The notes under the pieces: model-generated
The model's database searches: none
What the model was told of the DNA's origin: nothing
The model's input: only the letters and a program-made list of their open reading frames with translations
In this document: in pieces, positions 1 to 10,274 of the stretch
Position numbering within the stretch: the stretch's first letter is position 1
Layout: every line of letters starts with the position of its first letter
Position numbers and translations under genes: made by a program
Assembly: GCA_963796965.1 (NCBI GenBank)
Contig: CAWCNS010000006.1
Span: 384,001-448,000, forward strand
DNA: 64,000 nucleotides
DNA from: Calditrichia bacterium
GTDB lineage: Bacteria > Calditrichota > Calditrichia > JAJRVZ01
Reading direction: 5' to 3'

Positions 1-607
1 AACCTCCTACAGGTTGTGCCGGAAATGGCAATTGAGCCCAAGAAGGGGGATTATTTTCACATGATGGAGGAAATAAGCAGGTCTTCATCCAACCGCAAAG
101 TCGTGCTTTTTCTGGGGGCCAATATCGGTAATTATTCACCAGAAGGAGCGGAAGATTTTCTACAGAAGATCGAAGATCTCACTGAAAAAGGAGATAAATT
201 ACTTATTGGATTTGATCTTATAAAATCACCGGAACTTATTTATAACGCTTATAGTGATCCCCATGGTTATACCCGGGATTTTAATTTAAACCATTTGGAG
301 CGGTTAAACCGTGAGCTGTTGGCCAACTTTGATATAGATAGTTTTGAACACCACACGGAATATAATCCGTTAACAGGATCAGTAAAAAGCTTATCTGGTT
401 AGTTCAAAAGCACAAACAGTCAATCTTGGATCATTAAATATAGATATTGAATTTTCAATGTGGGAACCCATATTTATGGAACTTTCCCAAAAATATAATC
501 CCCAGATGATTGAATTACTAGCTGGAAGACATGGATTTGAAGTCGTGCAAAACTATATGGATGAAAAAAGATACTTTGTTGATTCTCTATGGTTAAAAAT
601 AAAATAG
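1..607 (+). CDS. egtD: L-histidine N-alpha-methyltransferase (EgtD family), 5'-truncated by window edge, frameshifted near 390
   Basis: Motifs FLGANIGNY, LLIGFDLIK and AYSDPHGYTRDFNLNHL in ORF 16..402. A second frame continues YLVSSKAQTV...WEPIFMELSQKY...YFVDSLWLKIK to TAG at 605-607. Confidence 0.8.
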
Positions 608-1097
608 CCGATCCGTGTTAGAAAACCACGTTACAGACAGAAAAAAAAGAAGAGCCATACTTTTATTTTTCAGACCCCTGCCTGAAAAAGCGATAAAAAT
701 TGGCGAATCCCCCAATATACATTCTTAGAACAACTTCAAATAAGAGCAAGCAACGTAAAACCATATAAAACAATAGTTTGGGCCTCCGTCAATGTGGCTG
801 GATAGCGGTTTTTTAAATTATCTACACAGATGAGATTTTTTAAATATTATACGAATAAATACAGCGATATTATGAAAAGTCTAATCCAGCATAAAGAAAG
901 GTCATTCGATCTGAATGATTGTACCAATCTAGGATTTTTAATTAGGTTTGAAAAAGCCTTTAATTATCCTCAAATTTACCTCGCTCTTGACTGCATGCAG
1001 GAACGTCAAAACATTTCAATGTATTATGTTCCCATGATGCACGTAGAGATGAAGATGCATAATATAAAATATTAATGGTTTGCAAAGCATAGAAAAA

Positions 1098-1113
1098 TGT
1101 TTCACGTGAAACA
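1098..1113. promoter_or_regulatory. parS: parS site (perfect consensus TGTTTCACGTGAAACA)
   Basis: Exact 16-bp palindrome matching the canonical ParB-binding site, 9 bp upstream of the mnmG start. Confidence 0.93.
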
Positions 1114-1122
1114 TGAGGAAGA

Positions 1123-3000
1123 ATGAACGATTTTGATATTATAGTTGTTGGGGGTGGCCATGCCGGCATAGAGGCGGCATCGGCATCAGCCCGCATGGGG
1201 TTTAATGTGGCACTTGTGACCATGGATAAATACAAGATAGGGCTCATGTCTTGTAACCCGGCTATTGGGGGATTGGCAAAGGGGCAATTGGTGCGGGAGA
1301 TTGATGCCCTTGGTGGAGAAATGGCCAGAATCATAGACCGGGCCGGTATTCACTTTAAAATGCTAAATAAATCAAAGGGACCCGCTGTATGGTCACCAAG
1401 GGCACAGGCGGACCGGGCACTCTATGCATCTGTTGCGCTTGAGCGTCTCAGCAATATCGATGGATTAAAAATTATTGAAGATAGTGTTAATGGTGTAATT
1501 GTTGGGGGAGAAAATATTAAGGGGGTACGAACCGCCGGGGGCGCGCTTCTGCATGCAAAATCTGTTGTGCTTACGACGGGTACTTTTTTAAATGGCGTCA
1601 TTCATATTGGTCTAAAAAACTTGAGATCCGGAAGAGCGGGCGACAGCTCAGCCGTGGGAATTACCGAGGATTTAGTCGATCTTGGTCTCGAGTCCGGGCG
1701 ATTGAAAACAGGTACGCCCCCCAGGCTCTCAAAGCACTCGATAGATTTTTCTGTCTTTCAGGAACAGGCTCCCGATAACCCACCGGTTCCATTTTCCTTT
1801 AGTACAGAAAAAATTGAGCAGCGCCAGATATCCTGTTTTATTGCCCATACAAACGAGAACACGCATGCTGCCCTAAGAGAGGGATTCGATGAATCTCCTA
1901 TGTTCCTTGGACGGATAAAATCGGTAGGGCCCAGGTATTGTCCTTCTATTGAAGATAAAATAAATCGATTTGCACATAAGGACAAGCATCAATTGTTTCT
2001 TGAGCCTGAGGGATATGACGACCCGGAAATATATCTAAATGGGTTTTCCACAAGCTTGCCCGAGCATGTGCAAAAAAAAGCGATTGCCACAATTCCGGGA
2101 TTGGAAAAAGCTGAAATCTTGAGATTGGGCTATGCGGTTGAATATGATTATTTTCCACCACATCAATTGAAGTTTTCTCTGGAAACTAAAAAAATTAAAG
2201 GGCTCTATTTGGCGGGACAAATAAATGGTACCTCCGGTTATGAAGAGGCTGCGGCTCAGGGTTTGATAGCCGGCATAAATGCTGCTTTGGGGGTCGGTAA
2301 TAAAAGCCCGTTACAGTTGTCCCGTTCAGAAGCATATATTGGTGTCCTGGTTGATGATTTGATTAATAAGAGTACTTTGGAACCTTATCGCATGTTTACT
2401 TCAAGGGCCGAGTTTCGCCTACTGCTTCGTCAGGATAATGCGGATCTTCGCCTTGCGAAATATGGCTTCGAGCTTGGCCTTTTGGGAAAAGATGATCGGA
2501 TGCTTTTGGAAAATAAGGAAAAACAGATCGAAGAGTTGAACGCATTAGTGGTAAAAACGAATGTCGACCCTTTAAAATTTAACCAAGTTTTCGGGCATAT
2601 AAGTACTGATCTAAGGCAGGCAGAAAAAATTAGCCGCCTAATAAAAAGACCGGAAATTGGACTTGCTGAGATTCTAGATATGGCTAAGGTTAGTGGGTAT
2701 GACGATTCTGCGATTCAAGAAGTGGCCTTTAATATTAAATATGAGGGATACGTTAAGCGGAACCAAGCCTTGTTGAAGCGGTTTGAGCAACATGAAAACC
2801 GTAAGATTTCAGTGGACTTTGAGTATGCTTCCATTGAGGCGCTTTCCGCAGAAGCCCGTGAAAAGTTGGGCCGAATCAGGCCCCAAAGTTTTGGTCAGGC
2901 ATCGCGTATATCTGGTGTGTCGCCAGCAGATCTTTCGGTTCTTTTAATCTATCTGGAGAGAGAGAGGCATCAAAGAAAGGTTTCACGTGAAACATCGTAA
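1123..3000 (+). CDS. mnmG: tRNA uridine-5-carboxymethylaminomethyl modification enzyme MnmG (GidA)
   Basis: [11 protein letters not shown] motif, [46 protein letters not shown]. Confidence 0.98.
   Translation: MNDFDIIVVGGGHAGIEAASASARMGFNVALVTMDKYKIGLMSCNPAIGGLAKGQLVREIDALGGEMARIIDRAGIHFKMLNKSKGPAVWSPRAQADRALYASVALERLSNIDGLKIIEDSVNGVIVGGENIKGVRTAGGALLHAKSVVLTTGTFLNGVIHIGLKNLRSGRAGDSSAVGITEDLVDLGLESGRLKTGTPPRLSKHSIDFSVFQEQAPDNPPVPFSFSTEKIEQRQISCFIAHTNENTHAALREGFDESPMFLGRIKSVGPRYCPSIEDKINRFAHKDKHQLFLEPEGYDDPEIYLNGFSTSLPEHVQKKAIATIPGLEKAEILRLGYAVEYDYFPPHQLKFSLETKKIKGLYLAGQINGTSGYEEAAAQGLIAGINAALGVGNKSPLQLSRSEAYIGVLVDDLINKSTLEPYRMFTSRAEFRLLLRQDNADLRLAKYGFELGLLGKDDRMLLENKEKQIEELNALVVKTNVDPLKFNQVFGHISTDLRQAEKISRLIKRPEIGLAEILDMAKVSGYDDSAIQEVAFNIKYEGYVKRNQALLKRFEQHENRKISVDFEYASIEALSAEAREKLGRIRPQSFGQASRISGVSPADLSVLLIYLERERHQRKVSRETS
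2979..2994. promoter_or_regulatory. parS: parS site (GGTTTCACGTGAAACA, 1 mismatch) at the mnmG/rsmG junction
   Basis: 15/16 match to consensus; reads VSRET at the MnmG C-terminus. Confidence 0.88.
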
Positions 3001-3643
3001 TGATCTGCAGAATCTGTTTCGCTTTTTGTCTTCACAAGAGATTGCTCTTAATGACCGCCAGAGAAAACAGTTTGCGCTTTATCTTGAATTATTAGAAAAA
3101 TGGTCTCATAGGCAAAACCTTGTCTCGCGGAAAGATGTGGCCCATCTGGTTGAGAGGCATTTCTTGCCGTCCATACTTTTAAACAATTGTCTCCCTGGAG
3201 AAATCGCGGGTTCTTTGATGGATCTTGGAAGTGGGGCGGGTTTTCCCGGAGTGATAATAAAAATACTTCGTCCTCAGGTTCGTGTGACACTTCTGGATTC
3301 ATCAAGAAAGAAAACGCTTTTTTTAGAAGAGGTATGTGAAAGATTGGTTTTAGATGCAGTGGTGGTTTGTGAGCGTTGTGAAAATTATGGAAAAAGTAGA
3401 CAATGGAAGTATGAAATTGTTGTTGCCAGAGCTGTTGCCCGCCTTCGGACATTATTAGAATTGGCTTCACCGGTGCTCGTAAATGGAGGTCGGTTGTTTA
3501 CAATTAAGGGATCTGACTATAAAGAGGAAATAGATGAGGTTGGCGATAAGGGGCTTGGGCTTATGGTTTATAAACCGAATGCCGATTGGTTAAAGTACGC
3601 TAATTATTTAAAAGATAAATATGTGATTGATGTGGAGAAATGA
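2987..3643 (+). CDS. rsmG: 16S rRNA m7G527 methyltransferase RsmG (GidB)
   Basis: NLVS..., [13 protein letters not shown] motif, [13 protein letters not shown]; directly follows mnmG. Confidence 0.95.
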   Translation: MKHRNDLQNLFRFLSSQEIALNDRQRKQFALYLELLEKWSHRQNLVSRKDVAHLVERHFLPSILLNNCLPGEIAGSLMDLGSGAGFPGVIIKILRPQVRVTLLDSSRKKTLFLEEVCERLVLDAVVVCERCENYGKSRQWKYEIVVARAVARLRTLLELASPVLVNGGRLFTIKGSDYKEEIDEVGDKGLGLMVYKPNADWLKYANYLKDKYVIDVEK

Positions 3644-4573
3644 ATGTCAGAAAATGTGGTGTTTAAAGAATTATCTTTGTTGGTTACAGAAAGCCGAAAC
3701 CCGGATAGTTATGATGTCGATATTATGAATACTGAAGATATTGTAAGATTGATAAATAAAGAAGATTATAAAGTGCCCGAGGCTATAGAGAAAGAAATCC
3801 CTTATATCGTTCAGGCGGCTGATATTATTGCGGAAGCATTTAGAAAAGGGGGTCGATTAATCTATGTGGGAGCGGGCACATCTGGCCGTCTTGGGGTGCT
3901 TGATGCTTCTGAATGCCCGCCGACCTTTGGTTCGGATCCAGAGATGGTGCAGGGTATTATTGCCGGGGGATATGAAGCCTTACATAAGGCACAAGAAGGC
4001 AGCGAGGATAAAAAAGAGCAGGGTGCCCTGGATTTAAAAGAGAAAAATATTTGCTCTAAAGATGTTGTCTGTGGAATTGCTGCAAGCCAGCGAACACCTT
4101 ATGTGCTTGGAGCATTAGAGGAGGCAAAAAAATCAGGGGCAAAAACCATTTTTGTCATTTGTAATCCGCGGGAGTTTGTACAGATAGAAGTAGATGTGGC
4201 AATATGCCCTGTTCCCGGACCGGAAGTTGTGATGGGGTCTACCCGAATGAAGGCCGGTAGTGCGCAGAAAATGGTATTGAATCTTTTAACGACAACGGCG
4301 ATGATAAAACAGGGAAAAGTCTTTGAAAATATGATGATCGATCTTCAACAGAATTCGGTGAAATTAGTAGAAAGATCAAAAAAAATAATAATGACGGCTA
4401 CGGGCAAAAATTATAAGGATGCAACCAAATATCTAAGCGCCTCAAAAGGACATGTGAAATCGGCGATTCTAATGGCCTTGACCGATTTAGATCATGACAC
4501 AGCCATAGTACTTTTAAATAATCATGATGGATTTATAAAAAGAGCATTACTCGAATTTCGGGAAAAGCAATAA
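3644..4573 (+). CDS. murQ: N-acetylmuramic acid 6-phosphate etherase
   Basis: TESRNP, GAGTSGRLGVLDASECPPTF, GPEVVMGSTRMKAGSAQK. Confidence 0.96.
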   Translation: MSENVVFKELSLLVTESRNPDSYDVDIMNTEDIVRLINKEDYKVPEAIEKEIPYIVQAADIIAEAFRKGGRLIYVGAGTSGRLGVLDASECPPTFGSDPEMVQGIIAGGYEALHKAQEGSEDKKEQGALDLKEKNICSKDVVCGIAASQRTPYVLGALEEAKKSGAKTIFVICNPREFVQIEVDVAICPVPGPEVVMGSTRMKAGSAQKMVLNLLTTTAMIKQGKVFENMMIDLQQNSVKLVERSKKIIMTATGKNYKDATKYLSASKGHVKSAILMALTDLDHDTAIVLLNNHDGFIKRALLEFREKQ

Positions 4574-5008
4574 GATAAAAGTGGGCAAATTCAATGGTCC
4601 TGGTCTTCTAATATAAGACACCTATTGTGTGCTTCTGAAATAAACCCCTTGCAGGATAAATGTTTATAGAGATGTCTCCAACCTACCGGTGAATATCATT
4701 CCCTTTATCAAGGTTGGAAGGAATGGATGACTTATGGGGCATATTATAATATAAGTTTAAAATAAACAATACCTTGCGGCGCTTTTTCAGTTATAAAAGA
4801 AGTTTTTTAAAATTCATTTACATTGTTCATAGTCATGGTGATTCTATAGATTTGAATTAAGATTTTTAGGGTAGAGAGCAGGAATTTTGTTAAATTATAT
4901 AAATTTGTCTGTGAGGCAGACAAATTCCACCCTGCTTTTGTATAAGATGTTGTTTGAAAAAACACTTACAATAAGGTGAAACCCTTTAAAAAGATATTGT
5001 ATTAATCA

Positions 5009-5761
5009 ATGAAAGACATCAAAGAGAAAATAATACCTGGATGCGAACCTCTGTTTTTAGAAGGAGGCTCAACAGCATGTCTGTTATTGCATGGTTTTAC
5101 TAATTCGCCTTTTGAACTGAAATTGTTGGGTGAATATTTAAACCAACGTGGATTAACAGTATCTATTCCTCTCCTTCCTGGCCATGGTACCTCACCCCGG
5201 GATCTGAAAAAAAGAAGGTGGACAGAATGGTATGATAAATCGAAAGAAGAATTGTTTGAATTACGAAAGAAATATAAAAAAATATATGTCATGGGCTTTT
5301 CTATGGGGGGATCATTAGCCCTCCATCTTGCTGCACATTACGAAGTTAGTGGAATTGTAGCCATGGCGCCAGTTTTGTATCTTAAAAACAAATTCTCATT
5401 TCTAAGCCATTTTATTCATTTCTTCTTCCCATACACCAGAAAGTTTACCGGTCCAGATTTGAAAGCAGATGTTCAAACCGTCTCATATGATAAGATTCCA
5501 ATTAAATCTTTATCAGAACTGCTGAAGTTTTCCAAACATTTACAAAATGATCTTTGTGACATTTATTCTCCCTTGATGATTGTCTACACCAAGCGTGACC
5601 ATGTGGTAAACAATAAGAGTGCCATTGATATATATAATAAGGTGTCTTCGAAAAATAAGAGAATTCTTGAATTGGAAAAATCTTATCATATTATGACTCT
5701 AGATGTGGAAAAAGAAAAAGTATTCAGGGAAACATCTAATTTTTTGGATTCTATAGAATAA
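5009..5761 (+). CDS. Alpha/beta-fold carboxylesterase / monoacylglycerol lipase-like
   Basis: LLLHGFT, LPGHGT, GFSMGG nucleophile elbow, D-HVV and SYH catalytic regions. Confidence 0.88.
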   Translation: MKDIKEKIIPGCEPLFLEGGSTACLLLHGFTNSPFELKLLGEYLNQRGLTVSIPLLPGHGTSPRDLKKRRWTEWYDKSKEELFELRKKYKKIYVMGFSMGGSLALHLAAHYEVSGIVAMAPVLYLKNKFSFLSHFIHFFFPYTRKFTGPDLKADVQTVSYDKIPIKSLSELLKFSKHLQNDLCDIYSPLMIVYTKRDHVVNNKSAIDIYNKVSSKNKRILELEKSYHIMTLDVEKEKVFRETSNFLDSIE

Positions 5762-5780
5762 TACTTACATAAAGTATACC

Positions 5781-7398
5781 ATGACCCATACCTACCTGAT
5801 CGGATTGTTTGTTTTCAGTTTTCTTGTCGCTTGTACTTCTCAAAGTCAATTGGAATCGGATGAATCTATCTATTGGCAATCCAGCCAAGAAAATGCAGAA
5901 ATTGCAAATGAGGCTTTTAAGAGATGTCTCCTATTTGTAAACGGCTGGTTGCAGCATGCAGACCCTGAGACAGGATTAATTCCTCGAAATCTTACCAAGA
6001 ACCGTGATATCTGGAATGCCCGTGATTCTGCCGCCGACAATTATCCCTTTATGGTATTGACAACAGCCATGACTGATCGTATTAAGTTTAAAGGCATAAT
6101 GTTGGATATATTAAAAACCGAAACCATTTTAACCTCCCGGGTTGACCGGCTTCCTGATACATATTCTTTTAAAAAGAAAAATTTCCAAGATGAATCTATA
6201 AAAATGGATCAATTGATTTTTGGTGGTTCAGAATATGTAAAAGATGGGTTACTGCCCCTAACAGAATGGCTTGGGCCATCGCCGTGGTTTGAACGGATGA
6301 GAGGAATTGTAGACGATATATGGAAACATGCCTCCTACCAGACCAATTCTGGCTTACTTCCTTCAAAAAGCAATGAAGTTAATGGTGAGATGTTGCAGGT
6401 TTTATCACGAATGTATTGGTGGACCGGGGATAAGAAGTATATGGATTGGGCTAACCGGTTAGCAAACTATTACCTGATAGAAAGACCTCTTGTAAACCAA
6501 GATAAAAAGATTCGTTTACGGGATCATGGTTGTGAGATTGTTGCCGGTTTATCGGAAATATATTTACTAAACCACTACAAGGCACCAGATGCCGCAAAAA
6601 CATACTATCAACCCATACACCAACTATATGACCGCATACTGGAGATGGGAAGAAATGAACATGGCATGCTCTACAATTGGTTTAATCCGATTAATGGTGA
6701 ACATGATGATAATATATGCGATACCTGGGGATACAATTATAATGGTTTTTATACGCTTTATCTATTGGATGGTAAAGAAGAATACCGCCAGGCTATATTG
6801 AAAGTGATGTCCAACCTGAACACATATTATAAGAGGCTATCAATGGGAAGGTAATAGTGCCGATGGATATGCTGATGCAATTGAAGGGGCAATAAACTTG
6901 TATAACCGGGAACCAAATCCATCAGCTTCAGACTGGATTGATAGCCAGATGAAAATAATGTGGTCTATTCAAAAACCAGATGGAATTATCGAGGGATGGC
7001 ATGGCGATGGCAATTTTGCCAGAACATCACTCATGTATGCATTATGGAAAACCCAGGGATTATGGTTGGATCCCTGGCGAGAGGATATACAAATTGGGGC
7101 CGTCGAGGTTGATAATATACTTTATTTCTCTATTAATAGTACCAGGCCATGGAAAGGCAAGATAAAGTTTGATCCGGCCCGGCATCTCGAATATTTAAAC
7201 GCACCTATTGACTATCCCCGTATTAATCAGTTTGCTGAATGGTTTACAGTAAAAAGTGAACAAGATTATGTTATTTCTGAAAATGCAAAATCTAAGTCAA
7301 TTGTTATAATTGGAAAAGACCTGATTGATGGTTTGACCGTCAATTTGGACAAAAACGAGACAAAGAAATTTGTGGTAAAATTGAATCAACAAAATTAA
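5781..7398 (+). CDS. Uncharacterised lipoprotein, probable (alpha/alpha)-barrel glycosidase-like; frameshift near 6830 joins ORFs 5781..6854 and 6898..7398
   Basis: Lipobox LVAC. The alternate frame RGYQWEGNSADGYADAIEGAINLYNR bridges the two ORFs. Trp/Asp/Glu-rich helical pattern. Confidence 0.55.
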
Positions 7399-7472
7399 AA
7401 ATGTAAAAAAAAATCTGGACGATTTTATAAACTTTGTGAAAAAAATATTTTATAGATCACTGCAGATACAGT

Positions 7473-7499
7473 CTTTACACCTTTGCGGCTCTGCGTGAA
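7473..7499. repeat. Short-period intergenic repeat, single arm (CTTTACAC CTTTGCGG CTCTGCGTG)
   Basis: Resembles the right arm of the element at 10114-10204. Confidence 0.45.
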
Positions 7500-7531
7500 A
7501 AAGTATTAATATTCTATAAAGGAGAAAACTC

Positions 7532-9998
7532 ATGTTCAACCCAAACATCAAGTTAATAACCTTATTCTTAAATTTTTGTTTATGGTTTGTGCTGGTATTC
7601 AATTCTCTACATGCACAGGATAATAAAAGTTGGCAGATCATATTAACAAAAGAAGTGGCAAACGATGAAGCAATAAAAGTAGCCGTTAATGATATTAAAG
7701 TAACAGGAGAGTCCTATGGAATCAATGTAAAGGTCATCAATTCTGTAGCAGACTTAAAGGGTAATAGTATTATCGTAGGATCTCCGGATAAAAACGCGTT
7801 AACGAAAAAAATTGTACAAAATAATTCACTTAAACTTAAAGTATTAGATGATCCTCAGGGATATGAAATACGAACAGTAAAGTCGAAAAATTACAACACA
7901 ATCATCGTTTCGGGGGGCTCAGTTGTTGGTAATGTAAATGGCCTTTTCTGGATATTAGATCGTTTGAAAGTTTTTAAGAAGATTCCGGAAATTAATGATC
8001 TACGTATTCCAGCAATGAAAATTCGGTTTACAGGCAGGGGGGGCGATGAAGAGGGTCTTCGTAATGCCTTGCGTGGTGGGTCAACCTGGGTAAGTGGAAA
8101 CTTTTCTGTAAACAATCTTGTCCCCTGGAATTCAGAACCAGAGAGATCGAATAATGCAAAAAACCGAGAAAAAGTCCGCAAACTGATTGCCTATGCCCAT
8201 AGTCTGCATTTAAAATATATCATTTATGAAGATGAGTTCTCCTATCATCCAACGTTGTTGAAAGAATTTGGTGCTACACTGAATCCTGAAGATCCGGCAT
8301 TTTGGGATGCTGTTCAGGCAAAATATCGCCGGCTTTTGAAGGCATTGCCGGAAATAGACGGTGTCCGGATTCGTACCGGGGAGCTAACCCGTGTAGGGGG
8401 TACCTATAAACCATTTGATGTAATGCATGATGGCGAAGGATGTGATTGGAGTCTTGCCAAGAGATACAGAACCTATGTTAAAAAAATGTATAATGTTGTT
8501 GTGGGCGAATTTGACAAAATTTATTTCCATAGAACTTGGGTTACCAGTGCCCATGAACAACATTCCATGGCTAAGGTATATAAAGATATCTTCACAGATG
8601 ATATACCGGTAAGAAATCTTTATATGTCACCATATCTCAGTACAACAGATCGCTATTTTCATCAACCCTATAATCCTACTTTTAATCAGACCCCTCATAA
8701 TATGATTTTATTGTTAGCTACTTTGGATTACCATAGCCATTCTGGGGTAAAAACTTTTCCAACATTTCCAGGACAGTATTATCAGGGAGGGATAGAAACG
8801 ATCTTATCGGCAGATCCATCAAATATGAAGGGATTTGATTTCGGAGATTATGGTATTCCCTCCAGTGAAAATTGGAATACGGGGGGTGTAACCACCTATA
8901 CCATAACCAGATTAGCCTGGAATCCCTATGAAGATATGACACAAATCGTCAAAGATTTTGCGTCGATCTGTTTTGGACCAAAAGCTGCGGAGGCAATGGC
9001 TGAAATTTATTTACTTTCTCCCAATGCTTATAAATATGGCATTTATATCGAGCCGGTTTCGCATGGTGACTTTAGGTCTCTTCCACATCTTAGACTAACA
9101 ACCTTTCCGGCAAAAGGCCTGCCGCGACTTGATGGTGGTAGAAAACATGTTGATTTTCTGCGTACGATTTATTTACGCTGCCGGCCGTGGAAAGAAGAAA
9201 CACTTCTGTATCTCGACCATGGATTAGATATTGCCCAAACAATGGTCGATAAATACAAGGTAGCAAAAAAATTGATAGAGGACCCTAAACTGGCCCAAGA
9301 GGTCGAAAATGCTGTCAACCTCACCTACTGGCTGATTAAAACAAATAATCTATATGTTCGGACTATTTTTGATTATTTTGGGTATAGGGAAAAGCCAACG
9401 GACCAGAACAAGCAAAAACTGACTGGAAGAGTAAAGGACCTAAGTTCAGCAATGGAAACATTTTCCCAAAAACCAGGATGTATTTATAGATTGGATGGCA
9501 TGGAGCAACTGGTTGTAAATGTCAATCAGGTCTTGAGTAATTTGGAAAAAGCTGAACAGGCTTTAGCCACTGCGCCTGATGATGCCGGTATAGAGAAGAC
9601 TAATTTCGGACCAACAGTATAAATATGTAAAAATATTAGAAGATAATAAAAAAGAGGCGGTTAAAATTTGTTACTGGCAGGCGCGGGTAGATGGCCGTGA
9701 TCTTATGAAAGTGAAGGATGATCAATTAGAGATAGAACATCTTCGTTATGATCATATTGCAGAGATGACCTATACCTTTGAAAATTCTTTACCTGAAGAA
9801 GAAGTAACTGTCGTTCCAATGGATCTTCAATCTAGATCTTATGGCCCCTTTGTACTTGAGCAACCAACAAAAAAGAATAACTATACAGTAACGCTGTATT
9901 TGTCTGACTTTCCTCGTCATGGATATAGTTGGTGGAAAATGGAACTATACTATATTCCTAAATCGCCAAAAGAGTTAGGTATAGAAACACCGTGGTAA
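7532..9998 (+). CDS. Secreted uncharacterised glycoside-hydrolase-like protein (GH20/GH67-type N-terminal domain plus probable barrel); frameshift near 9595
   Basis: Signal peptide; QGYEI...IIVSGG...G..NGLFWILD pattern. The alternate frame LISDQQYKYVKILEDNKKEAVKICYWQARVDGRDL runs into ORF 9705..9998. Confidence 0.55.
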
Positions 9999-10113
9999 AA
10001 TTAAGAGAGGGTATATATTGTTTCATTTCTAAAGCATGGCAGACTATGTTTTGAGGTGGTGTCAAAAGTTCTATGTAATAATTAATTTGTAGTAAAGTCA
10101 CTAATATTTTATA

Positions 10114-10204
10114 AACGCAGAGTTCGCAAAGAGCGCAAAGAAAATTATATACTACTATTTAAAAAATTGAAAAAACCTCTGCGGAACAAAGCGTTCTCGG
10201 CGTT
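10114..10204. repeat. Inverted repeat built from ~9-bp units (AACGCAGAG TTCGCAAAG AGCGCAAAG ... CTCTGCGGA ... CTCGGCGTT)
   Basis: Periodic units in opposite orientation separated by an AT-rich spacer. Confidence 0.65.
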
Positions 10205-10274
10205 AAAGAAAACCTATATTATTAAGCAACCTTATTATCTTTGACAATACCGAAAATAAGGTTAGGAGAATATC

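Noticed and set aside
830..1075. 81-aa ORF upstream of mnmG
   Set aside because: No recognisable motif or RBS; lies in an AT-rich, probably regulatory or origin-like gap.
960..1334. Antisense ORF containing VSRET
   Set aside because: Shadow of mnmG; VSRET is simply the parS palindrome translated.
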